Shown here: piece after piece, positions 22,201 through 28,300 of the stretch | Numbering within the stretch: position 1 is the first letter of the stretch | Layout of the letters: each line of letters opens with the position of its first letter | Virus record (IMG/VR): IMGVR_UViG_3300047393_000041 | Coordinates: 64,001 to 115,882 of that record | Source of the DNA: a virus | Taxonomy: Duplodnaviria; Heunggongvirae; Uroviricota; Caudoviricetes | DNA: 51,882 bases | Strand: one strand, 5' to 3' | The notes under the pieces: model-generated | Told to the model about the DNA's origin: nothing | Databases searched by the model: none | Seen by the model: only the letters and a program-made list of their open reading frames with translations | Program-made: the position numbers and the translations under genes

Positions 22201-22389
22201 TTGAACATTAGCAAGTTCATCTAGGCTTAAACCCATTTCAACTTTTCCAGTATTGATATTCCAATTACCTCCCATATCAGTATTTATCTCTCTTGTAACA
22301 GGAGATCCTAATGGAGCTTGGGGTAATCTGATTTCATCATCAGATCTATCAGAAATATTATTTATAAGTTCGTTGTCAAAAATTGGCAT
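10255..22389 (-). CDS. Giant virion-associated DNA-dependent RNA polymerase (crAss-like, single-chain double-psi-barrel)
   Basis: 4044 aa. GFRIPTQ...KAGSDFDIDKL matches the DFDID catalytic motif of the crAss-like vRNAP (phi14:2 gp66 type); DFDID codons at 13159-13173. Confidence 0.9.
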   Translation of the reverse strand: MPIFDNELINNISDRSDDEIRLPQAPLGSPVTREINTDMGGNWNINTGKVEMGLSLDELANVQAPDQRSFDKPFSSVSAKTLLDNKRYPMYERDTDLENIYGLQQSWYTKLGHSLAKAGVTAVGTFAQSMTDIPNTISAIKNGSMSDLAGDPNGYEGGIDSWIKNMEDVLPNYMTREEKAHPYLAMIPFAPGSANFWGESIIKNLGFTAGAIAGAAVQDVAIGAVTGGIGELPLVANQIGKAALWFNKIAGGTNKIETVLSLAKGLGKTEQQLLKIQKLGNLAQAEKVLNGARYGIITWGAAQTEAGVEARDGYRHIKEQLIQQYKDSNFGEEPIGQPLQEIEDYSTNAMNTRFGINMALLTVSNAVQFDNLFKSFTTAQKGVTGSLTRGIGEAGKVGLKEGSLDTFERKAAEGIKDKVWDFVKPKLANVLAEGVYEEGGQYATERGTYDYYTRKYKNLSDPNNKKNWDDLKEITSSTTYGLSEQFNTTEGVNNMIVGGITALLIGGAQQIHDNKKGEGRDAHLTSAVNMLNRYGLTGILSNKYDNTLNSIGIAKEMQDAANSGNVFNYKNLKHDMFFNFIQSRIPSGMHDVTIEQLNMLKDLDKEDFQKTFGMDFTSSNKNTVASYVDSLITQANDIKKTSDAINNTFKNPFTNSVNPTTPEEIKEVFNHDTFESWKTDLTYYSTIKNDVNERLDSIQEKVTNINPLISNESLSSITDRDSLSELSKSYEEQANILNKTITEYTTPADKKRIREQVKTLRTYSEKINIALNNKNLDLKTFNSLLNFELNNQDGTKDNIVGLEDATELYNYGAGINQLNQHKKTTSDIFDNLSTEEGFNKYFKQSEDIAKETIDIDYEEVFPASTFVNDEKQKEELEVGREYEIRATKKASIKKLADDRYQVTGPDGTISFYKTRKEAVEESKDLTDENTNLGKVKILALNDDGTVKVEDVNGDILNIDPKRLRGYKRLETDQEKLQKNKEQIIKQQNELEHDSGSIATSNQIPAEPFIEGKLIDAEALFLSSTTESEGIEDATKSAQHIKNSRVFLNNIAEFPNRSNIRAILLTPKQVAGLNLNGLVQMSYGKESTVSVDSIEDVNSIDNGFVAQVFVEQNKDGLFYVNKEGKIIGKVGEDLGDSLKDVIFQTMRTTSLHYRNGNPRYRSEQEDEARAYAAAWKAYRTKLFNAGATEFPTFEFFVSSGIPIEIKTAEGIKEKNHVGGILIKEELITNQANLIVIPTKKTITNSRGEIQKAANGVPMLQYGDTLQFLNNRSFNNREAEGIYETIRRIANQTVEQSNTGQAISFNRQFTKFLQNVLYWKSKADTASPNQIGIDVNTLSLNLGNKSFQLAEIDNYKKEIIDHLTDAKTFNSINTKTLTDLQSAPFEEWYINQEGNFVSSKWANYQTYLLSSTYPSGKARPIGDTPLSTSIAKPTEAIPYSFQQRYSTITQPDDFNVQVIVAPAKKEEKKEEAPAPKTFEFKAGPVEYTSQEDADGNFIVEVERNATTKAVAADTNSLDVVINALKDADKFDASIPKGEEETYVTDFMAMQIAASLKAEKLKQQEAPKAEETNIGKEITAVAPFNKGTITGKIVSVIENKAKKGLYSIILDNGERVSGSFEDNKFTWIKEEETPPSEFPSGDFRRVGLNDKDRMTDADFEIFKEWAAETLPLIPWEDLEHMITISPNEKAWGVFENGVAKFVKGGLRGTEYHEVMEAVWKGLLTSEQRQALLNEFKNKNGFFTDRQTGKKIPFLEATDLQAKERIMDDFSDFRLGKIPARSLGEFVRRLFNKILNFFKTFNNKPSLKQELFEAINAGKFKEKALSPESITSAPEYRTVEDLTVQQANNFVQDMLARASGILFRDGEKGLLFNPQGITGTEMFNKVEEMYIKEGRRQLLSDNAWGQLKERVKDKLRIQGINFNEEEVHNINNDETNKNDYVSDPFTVEGKKSATPAVKFLLSTQIERESTNQESAITLNTPTPSYSEMTVKGFPIKGYKLMDYSRTFATLLDKLSNSSSVSKFTDKLFNLAQDDANYVSVFQKIGGKDKVIPFSEFKANDWRLFIDFMQTFARQKPDALIQYKSIDSVHTGAANLFTANKQTQQYWMENIKTLAKGTGTIVNFNNKTYTIDQEALQAMPLRKSKDMVAFLNAIGIEFDLDTYNKLKSYQKTGKNGFTEQVQSIYAFFGSNNNLMSISGKTLDIDGPLSRLAELYNTVNNPSQESTYFGVENQRIGAFSENNAPSIFENEFNEANTVTELKQTRTELNDIFSAGSQVLKEGGLFYDKDGKQIKEFKLSYIQGEDNQDTDKGTSTSKLKIGDRYTLEINQNLNGKYYILMPADGSTEWMMNIGNNVSFDSIAAGSYTDINTIFKGYLMDDINLALDYKTREKLLNVGDKAKELRFFKDILADEQLEAINEMIEDNESLDDIKKYIDTNIGAINNSVKEFIDGMNVGTKNVLVENKKIVVGEKTSKYLDLDGNFAKANSLNKNALTEKSVNDIINFANVNYIIANIEYHKILFGDPYQFAVKKDGSLDQTKRIKSWLSPRRTTFDSAEFNTFLNNNANETDGIKVDEYVYDAKTNTWTGDLGGHKFKSHTNTITIKDVTTAGSLANINKLFGDNNEADAVSWLMDTTHREVKLKNKQWDLEGPEEKFFQWQMAFTRINLPGYKYSNSALEAHDKALMETKMPKHKLEILKPIVTGNKFNKNNFDQVLDKFSQVPVYYSMVKGTNLEKLYIQMMKQQIGYAIVESGRKVGTQEKHSLYNGDGSFNTEAFSEESIVQVPWKAYGIQVETASSDNKTQTRGSQLTKLASMDIFDNGEASSVEAEKEYNRNKDILDLMHSNGYKELLIDLGIEDLGTEFVMKDGTSISETLMREMLRREVSDNSKDTLELNEENQFIIPFEASPSYTQIRSILYSMIDKAIGSPKMTGGAHVQMPATMLESATKGRSIVMKNDKGIWEKITREKYATLTTAQKANVMLTDDTLKFYTRTEKWCEVYMPHWFKDKFKGKFKNDRELLNYLNGTTEGKAILSGIGFRIPTQALSSVEVFRVKGFLPQYMGATVVVPSEITTKAGSDFDIDKLNMYLKSVYVDSKGDIKLVKYLGSEEATKEFFSRIYDETILKDIQKIKDSDAFREELYNFLDPTRVVSEVGAIRQQVFYDQNEAIINEIMSQADAADKDPVDYINDQIQMLAGKEAKLNAKLLNDTLRNRYVKEMYKNSLENEYYDSLEKLITLPENFDRLISPIDDAGLKKLAGELDTLRQTDETSIPNRILNRNFMTSLRNSFVMGKKWVGIVAVNITNLSLKQKSQVYIDPKRFQLVSLDDQVLLGDGTIALKHNTTIVNGEEFVSLSGTTVKDSTELISNRLSGYATAVVDVAKDDFITRIIQSDLVIGTFMFLENIGAGRQTAFFLNQPIISEYLKIVNANNASNLFDKKNIELVKDKFGSKVTFIKSSKINLDNLESNISDYYSDVKFDEARNAEQLKIFSEFLKYAKMAEYNFSFTQATNYDTSRFGSGDMFARKEWQTQAAKDVNIISSVENILNSTFIGKQSKFMSKSMQAMSAVFNLERDDLRIITESIMKVYGKNKYLSQENFNKISNKAKMAFLDYIIQTKTELSDRTYALLINPKSCVAVKLERAKIRYPFIQILKELQVTPSDRIDGAKSIQLRVNDKSAESENLNQEMMRELRDYNEETKELYNDIVSVAILQGSYQSAISIKNIIPIEDYSAIVTPVVTSISSTESLKAFSEGFFERNNFDDQLIMPRVIPFFKEKIETGDDPFSEYRTFTSDSFPTLEGLGLDTMDRQVMLITDKYNQKAMNSNYVAVNKVTKLKDGTRVDITTGNTVTKRDYAVRLSKGDYSLNDVIGYKRVLLSSGEPLRIFDDRGENLQSVYKMVNLYGDGAKASEYYTTFRPSVIENGTMPVKREIEDRDIVNYYGGEIAEETVSLPTETPTQMTGQPKVDNSTLKDGDVVYDKLGTKFIFRGLRQPGQTGEGSPRLERTDGTGEIAIPGVNIELFKESITKPEGVTQEEWDALSQEEKNKINEC

Positions 22390-22398
22390 ACTATTATT

Positions 22399-25092
22399 TT
22401 ATTTATAGGTTTTTAAAAAATCGGAAACCGTTCCAGGACCAATCATTTTCATTCGTTCCTGTACAGTAGCAAGACTGGAGAATTCATTTCCTATATATCC
22501 AGTTTGCCATATTCCATTATTTTGTGCATACATTCTAAGAATGTAACTATCATTAGGTCCACCATCATTATCTGCAGATCCTTCAACATCAAATCTAACT
22601 AAAGGAGCTAATGCAGTGTGTGCCAAACTAGGAGCATTATATCCACTCAAACGAGCATTTGTAGCTGCTGAACTATCTGTACCTCCTATTAAATTAGTTG
22701 TATGTGCAGGAGAAGCCATTACTTGATTCTTAATATCATTCCAAGGATTACTTTGAGCAATCTTTGGAGAAAATGTAGATACTTCTGCAGCACTCATTGG
22801 TATAACTTGTTTAACATCTCCGCTAGTTACAACTAAATTAGCAGATCCATCATATTTTTTTTCTATTGTATATGATGCATTAGGATCTTTTCTAATTTCT
22901 TTTAATGTTGCTGGTGAGAAATCTTCCCATTTTTTAACATCCAATTGTCCAAGAGTTTGAAACTCATTTAATTTATTACCAATTATTGAATTGATTGTAG
23001 TTTCATCTGCTTTATTATTTTTGTAATCAATTGTTCCAACTTGCATTTGTCTTTCAGGCATTCTTTTTGCTAAAAAATCTGATTCAAAGTTTCTCTTCTC
23101 TTGATTTATTTTATTTATAGTTGGATCATATTTAAGTTTAATAAATTGAGTTCTATTAAATAAAACTTTCTCTGTAGGACTTAAAGCTTTACCTTGATAA
23201 TGATTTATATAAGCTCTTGCCAATCCTTCTTCTTTTGTACCTTTATATGATTTTAATAATTTATCAGTATCAAGAGTAGTTTTTGATGTAGATGCTCCTG
23301 TAGTAGGACTTCCTCCTATTCCTCCAGTAGTTGTATAAAATGTTTCAGCATCTTTTCCAAAATTATATAACTCACTTGCTGTATACATAGTACGACCATT
23401 AGTGTAATTTACTCCTGCTTCTTGTTTAAGAATTGCATTTTGTTTATCATCATAAACTTTTGATGCAGCTTTAGTAGCATTATATAAAGATTGTTTTTGT
23501 CCTAATGTAATTTCAAGTGCTCTTCTTTCTTCTAAGTATTTAGCTAAATTAGGATTGTGTAAACTTTTAATTAATTTAGATGGATCTTGAGCATATGATC
23601 TTGATAGATAATCTAAGTAGGTTGCTTTCTTTTGACTTGTACCTAATGAAGGATCTGTTATTTTATCTAGATATTTATTTGTAAGAAGATCTATTTGACC
23701 AGGTACTTTAACTACACCACCTTTTGTTCGTTCTCCAGATATACTTAATATTTCTTCATTTAATCCTCCTGCTGTAGGAGTATCAATATCTGTAGCAATT
23801 GCTTTATCTGTAACTGGAATATCACCAGTAGCAAGACCTCCTTTAAGTTTAGCAGCTGCCATTGATTGTTCAGCGGTAAATTTAGCTACTCCCCAATTAA
23901 ATGCTCTATCTTGATTTCTTTGATCTCTTGCAGCATTATCATATGAAAACTGTAACTGTTTTTTCTGCATATCCATTTGAGCATATGGATTAGCTTTATA
24001 CTCTTGCTCATAACTTTGCCAAGACATATCTTTAGCTAAGCCTGTTAATGTTTTTTGTGTATAAAGTTTATATTTATATTGATCAACATCTTTATTAGCA
24101 TCAATTTGTGCAATCTGATCACTTAACTCTTTATCAAGAGAACCATTAGTTAATTGTGCATTAGCATCAGTAATGTCAGCTTTAATTTTATTTTTATCAG
24201 CAGTTGATAATTTAGGATTAGTAGTTAATTCTAAATTCTTTTGTATTATTTTATCATTTAATATTTGCTTTGATAAATTATAATTACCAACTGCATCTTC
24301 TTTAAATGCATCTGCTGTTTTTCCTCTATAATGATACCATGAATCTATACCTAACTGTTGTTTATCATTTTCATTTAATGAGCTATAAAAATTAGCTAAT
24401 ATCTTTTCAGCAGGTTTACCTTTTACTTTGACAGAAAGTATTGCATCATCTATTCTAGACTGTCCTTTAGATGGATCAGTTGAAGCATTTCCTTTACTAT
24501 CAAAATATAATGTATTACCAGCATTATCTCTTTTAAATGGATTCTCAATAGAATTATCTACTTCATGTATTTTATCAGCAACCTCTCTAAGTTTTTTATC
24601 TATATCAGTATACTGTACATATTTACCATTGTATGATTGTTTTATGTCTGTCTTATTAATGTATTGACTTACACCTTCTTCAAACTTAGCTCTATTTTGA
24701 ACAGATGATTTTCCTTCTTTCTCAGCTTGAGCTAATGTTTTTTGTTCTTGTCTTATTTTAGAAGTTGAGCTTACAGCATTTATAACATTCTCATCTTTTG
24801 CTATTTGGTTAGTCATTCCGTTAACAGAATTAACTAATTGAAAATTAGAGAAATCTCCAGCAGCTACAGTTTTTAAATTATTACCAAGAGCATCTAGTTT
24901 AGATTGTAAGTATTTTTTATCTAATTCTGAAACTACATCAAGTCCTGCAATATTATCAATATTAGTTTGTATTCTTTGTACACCTTCGTCATATTGTTGT
25001 TGCTTTTGCATACCAACTTTCACCATTGCCTCTACAGGTAATTGTGAAACGTAAGGATTAAAAGTGGGGATTTTATCTGTCCATGAGGCCAT
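22399..25092 (-). CDS. Ejected virion protein preceding the vRNAP
   Basis: 897 aa, helical, Q/K/N-rich; N-terminal FNPYVSQLPVEAMVKVG; first gene of the RNAP cluster by synteny. Confidence 0.55.
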   Translation of the reverse strand: MASWTDKIPTFNPYVSQLPVEAMVKVGMQKQQQYDEGVQRIQTNIDNIAGLDVVSELDKKYLQSKLDALGNNLKTVAAGDFSNFQLVNSVNGMTNQIAKDENVINAVSSTSKIRQEQKTLAQAEKEGKSSVQNRAKFEEGVSQYINKTDIKQSYNGKYVQYTDIDKKLREVADKIHEVDNSIENPFKRDNAGNTLYFDSKGNASTDPSKGQSRIDDAILSVKVKGKPAEKILANFYSSLNENDKQQLGIDSWYHYRGKTADAFKEDAVGNYNLSKQILNDKIIQKNLELTTNPKLSTADKNKIKADITDANAQLTNGSLDKELSDQIAQIDANKDVDQYKYKLYTQKTLTGLAKDMSWQSYEQEYKANPYAQMDMQKKQLQFSYDNAARDQRNQDRAFNWGVAKFTAEQSMAAAKLKGGLATGDIPVTDKAIATDIDTPTAGGLNEEILSISGERTKGGVVKVPGQIDLLTNKYLDKITDPSLGTSQKKATYLDYLSRSYAQDPSKLIKSLHNPNLAKYLEERRALEITLGQKQSLYNATKAASKVYDDKQNAILKQEAGVNYTNGRTMYTASELYNFGKDAETFYTTTGGIGGSPTTGASTSKTTLDTDKLLKSYKGTKEEGLARAYINHYQGKALSPTEKVLFNRTQFIKLKYDPTINKINQEKRNFESDFLAKRMPERQMQVGTIDYKNNKADETTINSIIGNKLNEFQTLGQLDVKKWEDFSPATLKEIRKDPNASYTIEKKYDGSANLVVTSGDVKQVIPMSAAEVSTFSPKIAQSNPWNDIKNQVMASPAHTTNLIGGTDSSAATNARLSGYNAPSLAHTALAPLVRFDVEGSADNDGGPNDSYILRMYAQNNGIWQTGYIGNEFSSLATVQERMKMIGPGTVSDFLKTYK

Positions 25093-25131
25093 AGTGGAGT
25101 ATTTTATTTACATGCCTAAACATGTCGTTAG

Positions 25132-25163
25132 CAAATGTAATATGAATTATTAGAACTACCAAA
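25132..25163 (-). promoter_or_regulatory. Bacteroidota sigma70-type promoter TTTG-N20-TACATTTG
   Basis: Both boxes match the Bacteroides/Flavobacterium consensus with a 20-nt spacer, 40 nt upstream of the 25092 start. Confidence 0.75.
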
Positions 25164-25188
25164 ATTAATAATCAATTCTGGTAATTCT

Positions 25189-25209
25189 TTATAATTAAAT
25201 TAGTTATAA
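25189..25209. promoter_or_regulatory. 21-bp dyad motif, copy 2
   Basis: ttataattaaattagttataa, starting 50 nt from the edge of the -7 box. Confidence 0.6.
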
Positions 25210-28200
25210 ATTTTTATATGATTTTACAATAGAACCATTTTTAGATTTTTCTTCTTTTTTCTTTTTTAGAATAGTTTCATATTCATATCCTTCAGGAGCA
25301 ATATCTTTAGAAGTACCAGCTTTTCCTTGTATACTAAATTGTTGTAAAGGATTCATGTTAACAATTCTACCTTTACTGTCATATCTATAATTATACATAT
25401 TCTCCATTACACCAAGTTGTCTATTCTCAAGTTTATTCTTAGCATATTTATCAGCTATAGAATTAAGAGCAGCTTGTGTTGTAGCTTTAGTATTAGACAT
25501 AGCTTCTGATTGTCTTTCATATTGTTTATCAGCTATATCAAGATTTGTAAGTTTGGCTTGATTTAGAATATTTCTATTCTCTCCATATACTTTATCTTTC
25601 ATTTCTTGATTAGCTCTGAATTGATTACCTAACACTTGTTGATTAGCTTGATACTTCTGAGCATTTAAATTAGCTTGAGCTGCTGGATTGTATCCAGACA
25701 TTCTTTGCGCTGCTCTATAGTCAGCTTGATTAGCATTCAATTGATCTTGTAATGAAATATCATAAGGTGTACCTAATTCTGGATGATAGAAGTTAGCTTG
25801 TACAGGTTGTACTTGATTTGTAGCCATGGCATACATTTCTGGATACAATTGTGATGCATCTAATTCTTCTTGATCTGTAGGTCTTATTTGTGGTAGAATT
25901 TGATTAAACATATCTATATAAGGATTTGAAGGAGTAAGTTCTTCCTCATTATTATATGTATCTGTACCAAAAGAGGTTGGAAGTTCTACGTTTTGTTTAA
26001 GTTGCAAGTTAGATACTTTTGGTAAATTTTTAGGATTAACATCAAATGCACCTCTAGGAACACCTTGTGATATTGGAGTATTGTATACAGTAGCTTCTTT
26101 AAGTTTACCACTTTTAATATCTCTATCCATTTGAGCTACCTTCTCATCATCAGTTAACTCATTAGTACCATTTTGTGCTTGTGTAAACTTACCACCAAAC
26201 TTAGCATATTGCTTTTGAGCTTCTTTATCTATTTTAACTTTACCTCTAGCAAGATCATCAGCAACTAAACCACGTTCTTCTGCTGTATCATTAATTGCAT
26301 TTTGAAGAGAAGCTGCGTTTATTTTTTTATCAGCTAACTCTTTAAGTTTCATATTAGCACCTTGTATACTGGCTTGTAATGATCCAAGTTTTAATTTATC
26401 AAAAGAGTTTCTTGGGTTTAGTGCATTAAGTTCTGTTGTAGATTTTTCAATTAATGTATTTTGTTTATCTTCTATCTTAGATAAATCATTTACATAATTT
26501 TTAAACTTCTTACCTTTAGCTTTATTATCTCCTAACATATCTATATATTGATTAGGTATTTGAAGATTACCAAATACCACTCCTGATTTTTGTACTTCTC
26601 CTGTTTCAGGATCTACTGTACCACCTTCTTCTAATTCTACCATAGGTTCTCCTCTTTCTACTTCTACAGGATTACCACCATAAGTAACACCTATTCCTGT
26701 TTCTCCATTAGGAGATCTTTCTTCATGACTCTTACCTCTAAACATAACTGTTTCTCCTGTACCAGGTAAATAAGGATTACGTGAAATAGTTTCAGCTCCT
26801 CCACCCCAATGTGTTTGTAACTCTCCACCTAATCCATAAGAATTAATTTCTCCACCATCTTCGTATATTTCCATAGCTCTATCACTAGGAGGAGTATAAT
26901 TTCTTAGATGTCCACCAGCTCTTAATGTATCCATTCCTTCATGCGCATAGTCATAAACTTCTTGCTCATCAAGACCACCAAATGAAGCTATTACTTGTGG
27001 AGTCCAATCATGACTAACCCATCCACCATCTTTCATATAAGATTGATTCTGTGATTGAATACCTTTAGCCATATTTGCACTAGCCATTCCTTGCATATTT
27101 CTTTGTGTAGCAGCATTGTCTTTCTTTATTCTTTTACCATAAGGATCTAAAGCATTACCAGCTATTCCACCAATAAATTCTCCAACCGCTCCACCAATTC
27201 CTGGAACAATAGCATTACCAATTGCTTTACCAGCTGTACCACCTATTTTACCACCAGCATTTTGTCCACCAATTAATGATTGTCCCATACCTGTAGCTTT
27301 GCTTGATATAGCTCCCCACATATCTGCTGATCCACCATCTTGCATTTGATGAATTCTTCCACCATGATAGTATTGTTTTGTATTAGAATCATTTAATGGT
27401 TCATATCCTAGATTATCATATAATGTATTAGGAGCATATGTGTTTTGTATTTCTCCTCCACCTTTTAACATTAAACCATTTCTACCAAGAACATTTGTAC
27501 CTACACCTCCTGCATTAAGATTAAAGTTAGGTTGCATCATAGCATTTCTTTGTTTAGAAAATGTATCTTGCATTTGTCTTCTTGCATCTATATCAGTACT
27601 TGTAGCTGCTTTTAAAGAAACATCACTAACTAATTTTGTTTGTTTAGCTGCTTTAGCTGCTTCTTTCTCTTGTTGTAAAGCTCCTATACCTCCAATGATA
27701 TCTCCCACTGGTCCAGCATATTTACCTAATGCTCCTGCTGTTTTTGTCCATCCATTTTCTTGTGGGGCATTAGGTTGCATACCTGCAGATTGTGGAACTT
27801 GTGGTGCGTTTATTCCTCCTCCTGTAACGCCTGCAGAAGTTAGTTGACTTACACCTTGTATAGGTTGTACAGAAGGTCCAGAAGGTCCAGGACTTGATCC
27901 AAAACCTGTTTGAAATCCAGCATAATTATTATTATAATAACCTCCATCTTGTGCTGTAGGAACATCTCCTCCACCAAGACTACTAGCCATTTTCATAAGA
28001 CCACTAATATCAAAACCACCACCTCCACCATCTTTTGGAGCAGCAGCTTGTTGTTTGAGTGCTAACTCTTGTCTTTCAGCACCAGTAGAACCTGTAATCA
28101 TTTTATCAGCAGAATCAAACTGATCTGAAAAATTTAAAGGTTTAAATGCTGGTTGTGCTAAATTTATATTAGCACCTAATTGAGCTTTCTTAAACTCTTT

Positions 28201-28296
28201 ACCATGAACCTTCATGAAGGCTTCTTGATTTGGAAACTTTTTATAGAAGGCTGCCTCAGACTTAACCCCTGCTATTTTTAACATTTTTGCTTTCAT
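25204..28296 (-). CDS. Virion cargo/ejection protein with glycine-zipper segment and repeated phi-x-x-GG motifs
   Basis: 1030 aa, low complexity G/Q/A/N; GKIGGTAGKAIGNAIVPGIGGAVGEFIGGIAG; position after the muzzle matches crAss-like cargo genes. Confidence 0.6.
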   Translation of the reverse strand: MKAKMLKIAGVKSEAAFYKKFPNQEAFMKVHGKEFKKAQLGANINLAQPAFKPLNFSDQFDSADKMITGSTGAERQELALKQQAAAPKDGGGGGFDISGLMKMASSLGGGDVPTAQDGGYYNNNYAGFQTGFGSSPGPSGPSVQPIQGVSQLTSAGVTGGGINAPQVPQSAGMQPNAPQENGWTKTAGALGKYAGPVGDIIGGIGALQQEKEAAKAAKQTKLVSDVSLKAATSTDIDARRQMQDTFSKQRNAMMQPNFNLNAGGVGTNVLGRNGLMLKGGGEIQNTYAPNTLYDNLGYEPLNDSNTKQYYHGGRIHQMQDGGSADMWGAISSKATGMGQSLIGGQNAGGKIGGTAGKAIGNAIVPGIGGAVGEFIGGIAGNALDPYGKRIKKDNAATQRNMQGMASANMAKGIQSQNQSYMKDGGWVSHDWTPQVIASFGGLDEQEVYDYAHEGMDTLRAGGHLRNYTPPSDRAMEIYEDGGEINSYGLGGELQTHWGGGAETISRNPYLPGTGETVMFRGKSHEERSPNGETGIGVTYGGNPVEVERGEPMVELEEGGTVDPETGEVQKSGVVFGNLQIPNQYIDMLGDNKAKGKKFKNYVNDLSKIEDKQNTLIEKSTTELNALNPRNSFDKLKLGSLQASIQGANMKLKELADKKINAASLQNAINDTAEERGLVADDLARGKVKIDKEAQKQYAKFGGKFTQAQNGTNELTDDEKVAQMDRDIKSGKLKEATVYNTPISQGVPRGAFDVNPKNLPKVSNLQLKQNVELPTSFGTDTYNNEEELTPSNPYIDMFNQILPQIRPTDQEELDASQLYPEMYAMATNQVQPVQANFYHPELGTPYDISLQDQLNANQADYRAAQRMSGYNPAAQANLNAQKYQANQQVLGNQFRANQEMKDKVYGENRNILNQAKLTNLDIADKQYERQSEAMSNTKATTQAALNSIADKYAKNKLENRQLGVMENMYNYRYDSKGRIVNMNPLQQFSIQGKAGTSKDIAPEGYEYETILKKKKEEKSKNGSIVKSYKNL

Positions 28297-28300
28297 AATT

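Noticed and set aside
10255-22389. Intein or intron in the vRNAP
   Set aside because: Continuous ORF; no C...HN intein ends or LAGLIDADG/HNH motifs recognised by eye.
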